64,000 nt of DNA from Callorhinchus milii (lineage: Eukaryota): NCBI RefSeq assembly GCF_018977255.1, contig NW_024704742.1:9922001-9986000 (forward strand). Reading direction: 5' to 3'. Positions 53,556-64,000 of this stretch are shown here, piece after piece. The stretch's first letter is position 1. Each line of letters starts with the position of its first letter. Position numbers and translations under genes: made by a program. The notes beneath the pieces were generated by a model. The model did not search any database. It was not told where the DNA came from and saw only the letters and a program-made list of their open reading frames with translations.

Positions 53556-53940
53556 GTGGAGTTCAGTAGCACCTGCCTCACAATTGAGAGAACTTGGTTC
53601 GATTCCCGGCAGGGCGAAATCTTAGGAAAGTTTCCTTATTCCACACACACGCCTCTGTTTACCTAGCAGTAAGTAGGAACCCGAATGTTACTCGAATTAG
53701 CAGATCACTTTTCCGATAATGCGTTCCAATAAAAAAATAAAAATAAAAATTTGGTCAATCTTTGTAGCTTATTTGTGGTACACTGCTGTGCACAATTGGC
53801 TGCTGCGTTTCACTCACAAAACCCACAGTCACTCAACTTTACAGTATATTCTGAGAAGCATTTTGAGATGTCTTGAAGACGTGATAAAGCGCTATATCAT
53901 ACGCAAGAATTATTATTTATCAAATGCAAGGATTATTATA
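53556..53940 (+). mobile_element. tRNA-derived SINE, diverged
   Basis: B-box, body and duplicated tail. Confidence 0.8.
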
Positions 53941-54801
53941 AAATTGCATATAAGATGCAGTTTGGAAAAATCTTGAATTGATTCTTAATCTTAGAAACTA
54001 GTTTTCCAGGAGACCATTAAACCATATGGCCTCATAGGAGGCCATGTGACCCATTGTGTTATGTCAGATTCTGCAACTCCAATGAACAGAATACAATTGA
54101 AACTTATCCTAGCGCTTTTCACGTTGGGAGAATATCCCAAAGCCCTAGAATAATAATAATCCTTGCATTTGATGTAGCACCTTATCATGTCTTTGAGACA
54201 TCTCAAAGCGCTTCACAGAATATATGTAAAGTGAATTGACTGTATATTTGTCGGCGAAATGCGGCAGCCAATTGCACACAGCAGTGTCCCACAAACGGTC
54301 GTGGATTGAGTGACCAAATTATTATTATTTATTTTTGAAGCAAGGAGGGTTGGAATATAGGGAACCAACAGCAGTGCAACAATTTGCAGCATAGCATAAG
54401 AGTGCACCCACCATTGGGGATCAGAAATACAATGAACCTCACATAAGTTGTATGAGTTATGTCAAACTTGTGTAGAATATAAATTCCCAAGCAGGACATG
54501 GGCAGATGTACGATTTAGGGGATTATACGATTTAAACAGATCAGACTTTTACTGTATTATATAAACCTGGGCCCACATTGCACAATATGCTCGGCGACAC
54601 TTCCTGAACCGATTCTGTCAGCACATTGGAAAGGTCAACTCAATTCATTCCAAGGTGCAAAATCGAAAGGCGTTTTATGCCTCCTTTTTTGTTTTACCAT
54701 CATGCACTTTTAAACCTCTTTTAATTCACTGCAGATGGCCGTTGAGTTACATTCAAGAGCAATACAATCGATTGGAAAAGATAAAATCTCAATAGAATTA
54801 C

Positions 54802-55849
54802 TTTGCTTTTCCTCCTGTGGATGGTCCACCCTCCATACTCTGTTCGCTTTCTCTTGCACTCACAAACACGTCCTCGTCAGTACTCCTGTTTTCTGACGAA
54901 ACGTTACTTAGAGGCACCTTCGCGCCTTCACCGTTTGCCTTTGCATCCTCCTCAGCCTTGAGATGCAGTTCGAGCCCAGTGTCTCTCTTGCTCACGGTGT
55001 TTACCTCTGGATTCTGCTCCACCATTTCCCTGAGTCGAGGCACTGGGAAAGATGACATTTCATTGTCTTTAACCAGCGCCTCGGACAAAGAAATTCCACC
55101 TTCCCTCCCTTTCCAGCCTTCCTTCACATGCTCCACATGGTCATCTGTCCGAGCATCCTCTGGTAGTACCTTTTTTGCTCCATCCACGTGGCTGTCGTTC
55201 TGAGGAGACTCCAGCAGCATCTGGCAACAGCCTTCTTCCGCAACCACGACTGCTACGAATTTAGTCACCAACTCCGGTGACTGACGGACACTCTCGACTA
55301 TCTCTTTGTCGCCGGCGGCTAGCTGCTCCCCTCCCACTCTGTTTGCTGTTACCTTTAGGAGGTTATTCTCCAGAGGTGTGGCGGTTTCGTTAGGAGTCGT
55401 TTCTTTGTCCGGCGACAAAGTCTCAGCCTGGTGGCTCTTTAGAGCTGAGAACATGTTGGCCGTTTCATTGACTGTTGTATTGACAAATATTTCAGCATAA
55501 GTTTGTAGACCTGAATTGGTCACGCGTGGAACTGTTTTACTTTCTTCCTCTGAGGAGCCTTCTAAGTCACTCATTGACTGTCTCGTGTCAGTCTCTGTCA
55601 AAAATACCATACTTTCCTTATTGTCCACAATTGCTGATGTGGCCTGAGACGTGCTACTGCATTTCCACTTGCATTGCGTTTCCTTTGGCGACAACTCAGT
55701 TACAGCCTCCCCTGCAGTGATCTCCAACCTTTGCACTGCAGCCACCAACTGGAACGAGTTCTCCTCTTGGACCCCATCAACCACGTTTTCAAGCTCGGCA
55801 AAGGGTCCGTTTGCTATACGGTTCTCCTCCTCTGTAGATTGGAGGCAAT
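54802..55849 (-). CDS. PSD3: Large acidic, low-conservation N-terminal coding exon (1048 nt, phase 1 to 2) of the same PSD3-like gene
   Basis: The frame is open for more than 340 codons and is not a repeat. Acceptor is ctcttgtttccccgcag|AT and donor is GCAAA|gtaatt. The phase-2 end joins the 47086 exon in frame (AA|T = Asn). The DEDVF motif near the end resembles PSD3 EDEVF. Confidence 0.78.
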
Positions 55850-57310
55850 CTGCGGGGAAACAAGAGTAAAGTGAAAGACACTGCTGGACACTTCCCCCAA
55901 GAGTTCATTGTGAACGTCAGTGCCAGTTCGACAGCATTTGCATTGTTCAGGACTCCGGGAGGCCATCTAACTCGGCAAAATGCACCAAGTTTAGGACGTT
56001 TAAGTTGCAGTGGAAAGTCTTATAAAGAACAAGGTGTACGCTAAGGAAATGTAGGTGCAAGGCAACAATTAACTCAATGATTCTGGTGTCATCCCATTCA
56101 TATCAATAACCCAGAGATGCCTCGTGTTTTTTTCGAGCTCGTCCAAGGCTCGGGTTTGAGTTACCAACTGGTGCTGTTAAACTGCTGCAGGAGAGTACAC
56201 AGATGTAGTGAAAGGTGTGGCTATGGGAGGGCGATAAAGTGACAGTTTTGCTGCCGGGCGTGAACCTGTGTACCGTGGATTGGCTGGCACATTACTGATG
56301 CAAAGGTATTCTTTAGCAACAGGGAAATTCAGAAAACAATGCACGTTGCAGAGGTTTAGGCTGCGTTGTAAACCTAAAGAGCATGGAATTCGTGGAGATT
56401 GACAAAGTGTTCATACAGAGATCAAGATGGATTCCTTTAGTCAGAAGGAGAATCAACAACAAAACAATAAATTACATTGGTAAATTACATGACCTTTCAT
56501 GTCAGGGTGCTGGACAGTAAGGGATCAAGAATTACATATAGAATTACAGCTATGCAGCTCCCAAACAACTAGTCCGCGCCAGTTTATAATCCACATAATC
56601 CTCCACCACTGCAAATCCCATCCCCCACAGCATTGTACTCCTTTAGAGTTGACTTTTAGATACACTTAACACCAAAGTATCAGTAAGGGGAAATGCACAT
56701 TCATTGTTATTGCCAGTTGTATCGTGAATCACTCACGCACGCATTCACTCACTCAGCTGCTGGAAAGCTGCAGAGTTGCTGCTTTGCTTGACATCTCAAC
56801 CTGTTGGCGCAGCAACAAATTGTGCCTCACCCACTCTTTCCCGCACAGAGCTCCAGGTCCCAGTGGCCAAAAGAACCCAATTTTGTTCGACATTCAGTGG
56901 CGAATTGGCTTCAGCGTCCCTGAGTGATGGAGGGGAGAAATCAGCTATAGCTGCTGCTCCTCATTGTCACCTAGTGACCACATGAGAAGCGTGGTTTGAT
57001 GGTGACCTCCCAGTCCTCCCCAACCCTTGCTCCATAACTGAAATGACCTGTGATCTAACATACCAAAAATACAGGACAACCCCCTTATAACTCTGTCAGC
57101 AGAATCAGGATGAAACGTGGAATAATGTCCAACATCAGGGTCATAGGTTGATCTCACTTCCTGCATACTGTGCACACAGTGCCAGCTTCTAGTGTTAAAA
57201 ATATAAGTGACGTTTAGGACATTAGATCTCCTATGATGGCACTTTCCATGTGAAGTAACGTCAGCAGTGTTTCTTGCGCATATTATGTATGCATAGTGTG
57301 CAGGAAATGA

Positions 57311-57700
57311 CATAGAATCACAAAATTATATAGCACAGAAGGAGATCATTCAGCCCATCGTGTCTGTGCCGGTTCCTTGAAAAGAGCTATCCAATTCAAT
57401 CCCACTCCCCTGCTCTCTCTCCATAGCCCTTAAAAGTTGTTATCGAATCGGCTAAACCTTGAGCAAGTTTCCTTACTCCACACGCCTAATAATAATCCCT
57501 CCAAAACAAAAAACAATAATAAATTGGTCATTTTCAATCTATGACTGTTCGTGAGACACTGCTGTGCGCAATTGGCTGCCGCGTTCGCCCACAAATATAC
57601 AGTCAATTCACTTTACAGTATATTCTGTGAAGCGCTTTGGGACTCTAGAAGACGTGAAAAGCGCTATATCAAATGCAAGGATTGTTATTATATTATTATT
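57311..57700. mobile_element. CR1 3' end (minus, 57311-57452) abutting a headless short-variant SINE (plus, 57453-57700)
   Basis: Similar to 48252-48430 and 46143-46389 respectively. Confidence 0.8.
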
Positions 57701-59055
57701 ATCAGTGACAACTTAGAAATCAGCCATTTTGCAGCCATGGTAAGTTCGCTGGTCCATGCCAGGAGCCTTGTTTGTGGGGCCCTAGATATATTTTTCTTAC
57801 AATCATAATTGTCCCATAGTATACAAGCTCCAGGAATGAAATGTTTAGCAATTGGCGTGTGATCAACCCATTAATAATAATAATAATCCTTGTATTGTTT
57901 GGGTTCATGAATTATCACTTGGGTTGAGTAACTGCATCAGTGAAACAACAACAACTTGCATTTATATAGCGCCCTTCACACAGGGTAGCATCCCGAAACC
58001 ACTGTGGGGAGGGGAGAAGAATCAAATGACATCAGGAGTCAACAAAGAGAGAGAAACTGAATAAACATTGGTGGTTGGAACAAAATATAAAAACTGCGTT
58101 TGACTATGCAAATTGTCAACCACATCCACAATTCCCATTAACGACTCTTAATTTCATGTCCTCTTTATCATAACAATAGTAACCCTTGCGTTTGATATAG
58201 GATTGTGTTACATTGAGAACGTCTTCCTGGTAATTGCTGTAAAGTGTGACAGTATATGTTGTAGGTGGGCAGCCCAATTTGCCCACGGTGATATCCCACA
58301 GAAGGCCAAGATGCAAATGATTAATTTCTAAGGCTAATTTCTAAAAAAAAGGCTGAGCTTGTTTTTAACTATATCTTGTCACGTCAAAGGTATCAGCCTG
58401 GCTCAGTTGGAAGCACTCTTAACTCTGTGTCAGAGGCTTGAGGTTGAAGCCTCATGTTGGGACTTTAGGCTGATATTCCAATAGGTGTGGGCAAATTGGC
58501 TGCCGCATTCAACTACAAATATACAGTCACTACACTTTACAGTAAATCCTGTGAAACACTTTGAGACGTTTCAACAATGAAAAGAGATGCTATATCAATG
58601 CCAGCATGATGATTATTAACTGAAAAGCGTTTTGTGAGCAACTATTTGAAGTGCAGCAGCTGTCATAAGACAAATGTGCCAGAAACATCCCACAACGAAC
58701 AATAAATCTATTTTTTGATGAATATGAATAAGGAAAAAAACGATTAGCGGCCCAGTCACCGGGAAAGCACTCTGCACTTTGGAAAAAGTGTCCAGGAATC
58801 CTAAACGTACATCTCAAACATCAAAATAGGTTGACAGAACATCATGTAAACACCTCATTTAAAGCATGGTCACTCCTTCATTTCTGTACTAAAATGTCAC
58901 AGCTCAAATCCTGACGTGCAGCTTGAACCTACCCAGAGGTGGAAGTGCCACCAACTGAACTAAGCTGCTGTAATAAGCAGGTTGCCTGACAAGATGAGCA
59001 CCTGCCACTGCACTTCAGTAACCTGGCAAAATTGCTGGAGTCCTATAAGCTCAGT

Positions 59056-59418
59056 TGTTTGAGCTCTCGCCTCGCAAGCAAGAGGACCTGGGTTCAATTC
59101 TCAGGCAGGGCAAAATGTTAGGCAAGTTTCCTTATTCCTGACTTAGCTTTTTACCTAGCAGAAAGTCAGAACCCAGTTGTTAGTCGATTGGCGGATTGCT
59201 TTTCCGGGGGCAATAATCCCTTAAGAAAAATAATAATAATTTGGTCACTGAATCCACAACTGTTTATGGGGACACTGCTGTGTGCCATTGGCTGCCGTGT
59301 TTTCCTGCAAATATACAGTCAAGTCACTTTACAGTATATTCTGTGAAGCGCTTTGAGACATCTAGAAGACATGATAAAGCGCTATATCAAATACAAGGAT
59401 TATTATTATTATTATTAT
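59056..59418 (+). mobile_element. tRNA-derived SINE, full length
   Basis: Head to (ATT)n tail. Confidence 0.88.
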
Positions 59419-60130
59419 AGTGCCCTCCAAAAGCCGACCAGGTGACCCATCCTGTAAATTTACCTATGTATCTTTCAGCTCTCCCTGAAAAGCAGTACCA
59501 TAAGGCTGTTTAATATTACCATGTGGGAACTGCAAGATTAAAAACAAGGAATACGCCTTTCAATAGTAATGACAATACTGACATTCTGTGTACAGAAATA
59601 TAAACCACCAAATTCCTTCCTCCAAGAACCACAACAAACATTATCAAATGACGTTCAAAATTTGTAGACACATTATTCTAAAAGCAAGTTCAACAATCTC
59701 ACTGCACATTCCTGAGTTCACTAAAAGTGTCAGCCTGGCTCAGTTGGTGCCACTCACGATACAGAAAAACAAACAAACTTGCATTCATATATAAGGCCCT
59801 GTATCAAATGCAAGGATTATTATTATTAATAATTTCAAGGTCTCCTCTCAAGCCGAACAAAGACACAATACTCACTTGGCTCATTATCAATTATAATGTT
59901 CCACTGAGTAAAGCAGTATTTACAATGGTGAGTGGAGGGCACAAGATCCCAGGTGAATCCGGTAATGCTGTGAAACAAGGCCTTAGCAAATCCAACGTGC
60001 ACCATGAGACAGCTCCGGGACTAACCATTGTGATGGTTTCAAGGGAGGCATGTGAATCCAATGGACCAGTCAGTGTCTTAAACTACTGACTGTTTCGGGC
60101 ACATCTTTTGGTAGTGTGGTAATGATAGTG

Positions 60131-60475
60131 TGAAGTCCTGTAGCTCAGTGGTTAGAGCACTCGCCTCGCAAGCGCGAGACCTGGGTTTGATTCCCGCAAG
60201 GCGAAACGTTGGGCAAGTTTCCTTACTCTACAGCAAAAACTTTTGTTTACCTAGTAGTAAGTAGGAAGACGGTTGTTAGTCAATTGGTGGAATGCTTCTC
60301 TGGGGGTAATAATCTCTTCCAAAAAAATAATAGTAATTTGATGACTCAACCCACGACTGTTTGCGGGACACTGCTGTGCGTAATTGGCTGCCACGATTTG
60401 CCTACAAAATATTCAGTCAATTCACTTCACAGTATATTCGGTGAAGCACTTTGAGACGTCTCGAAGACATGATAA
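60131..60475 (+). mobile_element. tRNA-derived SINE, tail truncated
   Basis: Intact A-box and body. Confidence 0.85.
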
Positions 60476-60949
60476 ACTGGACCGATTTCATCCATTCACC
60501 CCCCCAAACCACTCTCCATTTCATCTGGCCCACTCCCTCCCTCCAAAAATCTTATGTTATGTTTCTGGAAGGGAAACACAAAAATATTGCTTATGCACGT
60601 GCACGTTTCTCAAATGAAGCGTCCAGCCCTCAGCAGCCGAAAGGTTGGGCCACCCCTGTATAAGGGGAAACACGATCACAACTTAATGAATGCATCTCTC
60701 CATTGATGCAAGACCTCAGAATACAAAGACAGCCCATTACATACTCTGTATTAAATATCATTCACCCAAGAATAATACCCAAAGGCAAAAGCAATAAGCA
60801 GCACACAAAGTAAATCTGAAAATGGCCTTCATCTTGACCATTATTTGTAACACAGATGTTTATTACATTCCGTCTTCTCCTAAGATGGACTGATTTAGGC
60901 TGAAGAGTCATTACCCACTTCAGTCCCTTCTCCGGCTCTTCCTGTCTGC

Positions 60950-61640
60950 TGTTACAGGAAGCTGATCGTCTTCTCAATAGGAATTGTATGTCTTCAGAGA
61001 TGTCACCATCGCAATCTTTAAGCGCTCCGAGACCCTACCCCGCGTGAAGGGCGCTATATAAATGCAAGTTGTTGTTGTTGACTTCTTCCCAGGATCACCT
61101 TGCCAGCCTTCTTCCTTCAGTCACCTTTTCACCTCCTGAGCACTTGCTTTGTACTTGGGAGGCGGGAACAAAATCACTGGAGAAAAGAGGTTCGATTCTA
61201 CAATTTCAGAAAACTCCCTGCTTAAGCTGATGGACATCAAGAATTCGCCAATGGATTCAGCTAATACCTGGCCAACCGCAAGTTTGCTCAATTACCACAT
61301 CCCCACGGGAGTAAGTAGATTTCTGAGAAAATCGATAGGTTTTTTTACCTTTTGCCGTTCCCACCGAGATATCTACTGTGTTCACATAATCCCTCCTTGT
61401 CCGACTGTCAAACTGACTCAACCTAAGATGCTGGTAGCTGATTGCACTCTCAAGCAAAGCAATTCTGTCCCCAAGGCCAGTCACTGTACCCTCTATGGCT
61501 GACAGACGGATCTCCATGGTGTACACCTTAGAGGCTGCATCAACGTGTCTTTTATTCGTTGCATCTGAGGAGGAGCAAATAAATTCCGATTTATCGTTTG
61601 CCTTCTCCAGGATTTACTCCACCATCAGAGGGTCTCTGGT
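60950..61640 (-). mobile_element. L1-clade ORF1 fossil interrupted by a short + strand L2 tail (61020-61080)
   Basis: Coiled coil (MEIRLSAIEGTVTGLGDRIALLE), then FDSRTRRD..V.I..G..GKK/PIDFL (cf. LEDRSRRNNLRIVG.PEG), then NRTSFLQ/DF and QEVKR*LKEEG (C-terminal domain-like), with stops and frameshifts. Confidence 0.62.
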
Positions 61641-61842
61641 GTAGCAACTCGAAAACGTTTATTCCTATCAGAATAAGAACTGGTGTCACATCTAGTAGAC
61701 CCATCTAGCATTACTTTTTGGTTTATGAGAGCAATATTTCTTTCTAACTGTACACAATCGGTATACGTTCGCCCATTGCTGCAATTTAGCTAAATGACTG
61801 TCAGACCAAAGGATCAGATGAAAAGATTAAAATACTAAAATC

Positions 61843-62201
61843 TTAATAATAATCCTTGCATTTGATATAGCGCCTTATCACATCTTCGTGCTGTCTCAAA
61901 GCGCTTCACAGAATATACTGTAAAGTGAATTGACTGTATATTTTGTGGGCGAAATGCGACAGCCAATTGTGCACAGCAGTGTCCCACAAACAGTTGTGGA
62001 TTGAAGTGATCAATTTTTTTTTTGAAGGGATTATTACCCCCGGAAAAGCAATCCGCCAATCGCCTAACAACTCGGTTCCTACTTACTGCTAGGTAAACAG
62101 AGGTGTGGAGTAGGGAAATTTGTCCAACATTTCGCCCTGCCGGGAGTCAAACCCAGGTCTCTCGCTTGCGAGGCGAGTGCTCTAACCACTGAGCTACAGG
62201 A
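61843..62201 (-). mobile_element. tRNA-derived SINE, full length
   Basis: Reverse complement of the family sequence. Confidence 0.9.
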
Positions 62202-62434
62202 TTAACAATGCTAATCTTACCTAATTGTTTGCAGCGTGGAATACAACCCAACCTGCTTATGAGGTGCTGGTCTGGGGTCCATAAATTCCGACCACGGATT
62301 TTCTAACAGCATTAAAAAAAAAGCTGCCAGTCAGAGCTTCCGGGTTGTCAGGTCACCTCTGACATCACGTCCTATGCAAAAAAGCATCAATGGCATTTCC
62401 TGCACACACACACATTCACAGTGACGTCCATAAC

Positions 62435-62710
62435 AGTGCTGGGGAGCAATGAATAATTAGAGGTGTCGTCCTTCAGATGAGATGTTAACACGTTTTCCTG
62501 TTCAGGTGGATGTTAAAAGATTCCATGGCACTAGTCAAAAAGAGAAGCGAGTCTTTCTCTCTCAGTGTCCTGGCCTACAATCACGCAGATACAATTGGTT
62601 ATTCATCTCATAACTGTTTATGGGACATTGTGCATGTATCGTTCGTCCACAAAATACAATCACTACATTTTACAGTAAATCCTGTGAAGCACTTTGGGAT
62701 GCCCTTACGA
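62435..62710 (+). mobile_element. DeuSINE fragment
   Basis: GTCCTTCAGATGAGATGTTAA...CAGGTGGATGTTAAAAGATTCCATGGCACTA. Confidence 0.7.
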
Positions 62711-63429
62711 AATCCCTTCTTTTTTCAATTGGTGCCCACGGGATCTTTAACATCCATCTGAAAGTCAGGTAAACATCGATTTAATGTAATTCTGGTTTAA
62801 TTCCCGGGATGGGTGAAATGTTAGGCACTTTTCCTTACTCCAATGCCTCTCTGTTTACCTAGCAGTAAGTAAAAACCCAATTGTTCGTCGATTGGCCGAT
62901 CGCATTCCAGGGGTAATAATCCCTTCAAAATATTAATAATAATTTGGACACTCAATCCACGACTGTCTGGACGGTCAAGTGGAGATGTTTCCCTTGGGAT
63001 CTTTTATACAGACTCACAATGGGTTTACTAACAATCCCTGCATTTCATATAGCACTTTATCATGTCACTAATCCTCAAAGTGCTTCACAGAGTTTTAATG
63101 TAAAGTGAAGTGACCATTTGTAAATGAACATGGCAGCTACTGTAAGTACTGCAATGTGCCACAAACATGCTTGTGTGGTTTATGTATGAAAGATTTCTCT
63201 CATTTTAGAATAAAATCGCAGATAATGATCTTGTGATGTCAATAACTCATTTCAATATTACAAAATGATTAATTTAAAAATAACCCTTTGCATTTCAAAC
63301 TCAACATGTGGCGGTATAAATATTTCCGCTGTCTAAAGGAAATTCACCTTCTGTACATTAGATTAGGATTCAAAAAGCAAAACACAAAATTGTGACCTTG
63401 AGTCCCACACAGCTTTTCTAGGCAGTACT

Positions 63430-63690
63430 GGAGTCCTGCAGCTCAGTGGTTAGCGCACTCGCTTCACAAGCGAGAGGACCTGGGTTTGACTCACGGCAGG
63501 GCGAAACGTTGGGCAAATTTCCTTACTCCACATGTTAGGTGAATCACCTAACAATAAGTAAGAACCCAGTTGTTAGCCGATTGGCAGATCACTTTTCCGG
63601 GGGTAAGTAATCCCTTCAAAAAATTAACGATAATTTGGTCACTCAATCCACGACGAAATAAATTGGAAGCAAGGATTGTTATTATTATTA
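63430..63690 (+). mobile_element. tRNA-derived SINE with 3' internal deletion
   Basis: Head and body present, then a jump to GCAAGGATT(ATT)n. Confidence 0.8.
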
Positions 63691-64000
63691 TCCAAAGAAA
63701 GGCACCTCCAACAATACAGCACTTCCCCAGCACTGCAATGGAGTGTGAGCTCAATGTCCCAATGGAGGGCTTTTCGGTCTTTCATTTGGAAGGACAAGAG
63801 TTTCCAACTGAGCCAGGCTGACACTTATCCTGTCTATTATCAGTGCTTCCTGCCAATTACTCACAATTCTGTGCACTTCACTAGGATTTCCTTCAACATG
63901 GTAAATTATTAGAAACTCCTGAAAAGTTGCTGTTAAGTTTTCACTTCTAACTGGCTTAGCTCTCATTTTATGATCAGCCCTGTGTATTGTGCCTTTGCTT

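Noticed and set aside
60914..61020. Possible upstream PSD exon ending TGG|gtaatg
   Set aside because: Wrong phase in the long open frame, and better explained as the end of the L1 ORF1 fossil.

Overview
Eukaryotic, intron-dominated DNA. The repeat content (Deu-domain SINEs, shark-type CR1 3' ends, L2, Penelope) points to a cartilaginous fish, possibly a chimaera; this is inference. The only well-supported gene is a minus-strand PSD/EFA6-family Arf6 GEF, most like PSD3. It has two phase-compatible coding exons (55849-54802 and 47086-46664). I did not find the Sec7/PH exons, so they probably lie beyond the left edge. The rest is dense with transposons: dozens of tRNA-derived SINE copies, older DeuSINEs, CR1 and L2 fragments, an L1 ORF1 fossil and a probable Harbinger transposase fossil. 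There is also a ~3.6 kb block of strand-asymmetric tandem repeats next to a CpG-rich promoter-like segment. The most notable observations are a Penelope-derived foldback with two minimal hammerhead-ribozyme motifs (40337-40755), a duplicated exon-donor junction 8 kb into the intron, and a multi-layer nested insertion. I found no prokaryotic systems such as CRISPR or operons. Repeat boundaries were read by eye and are approximate, and all homologies are recalled rather than searched.
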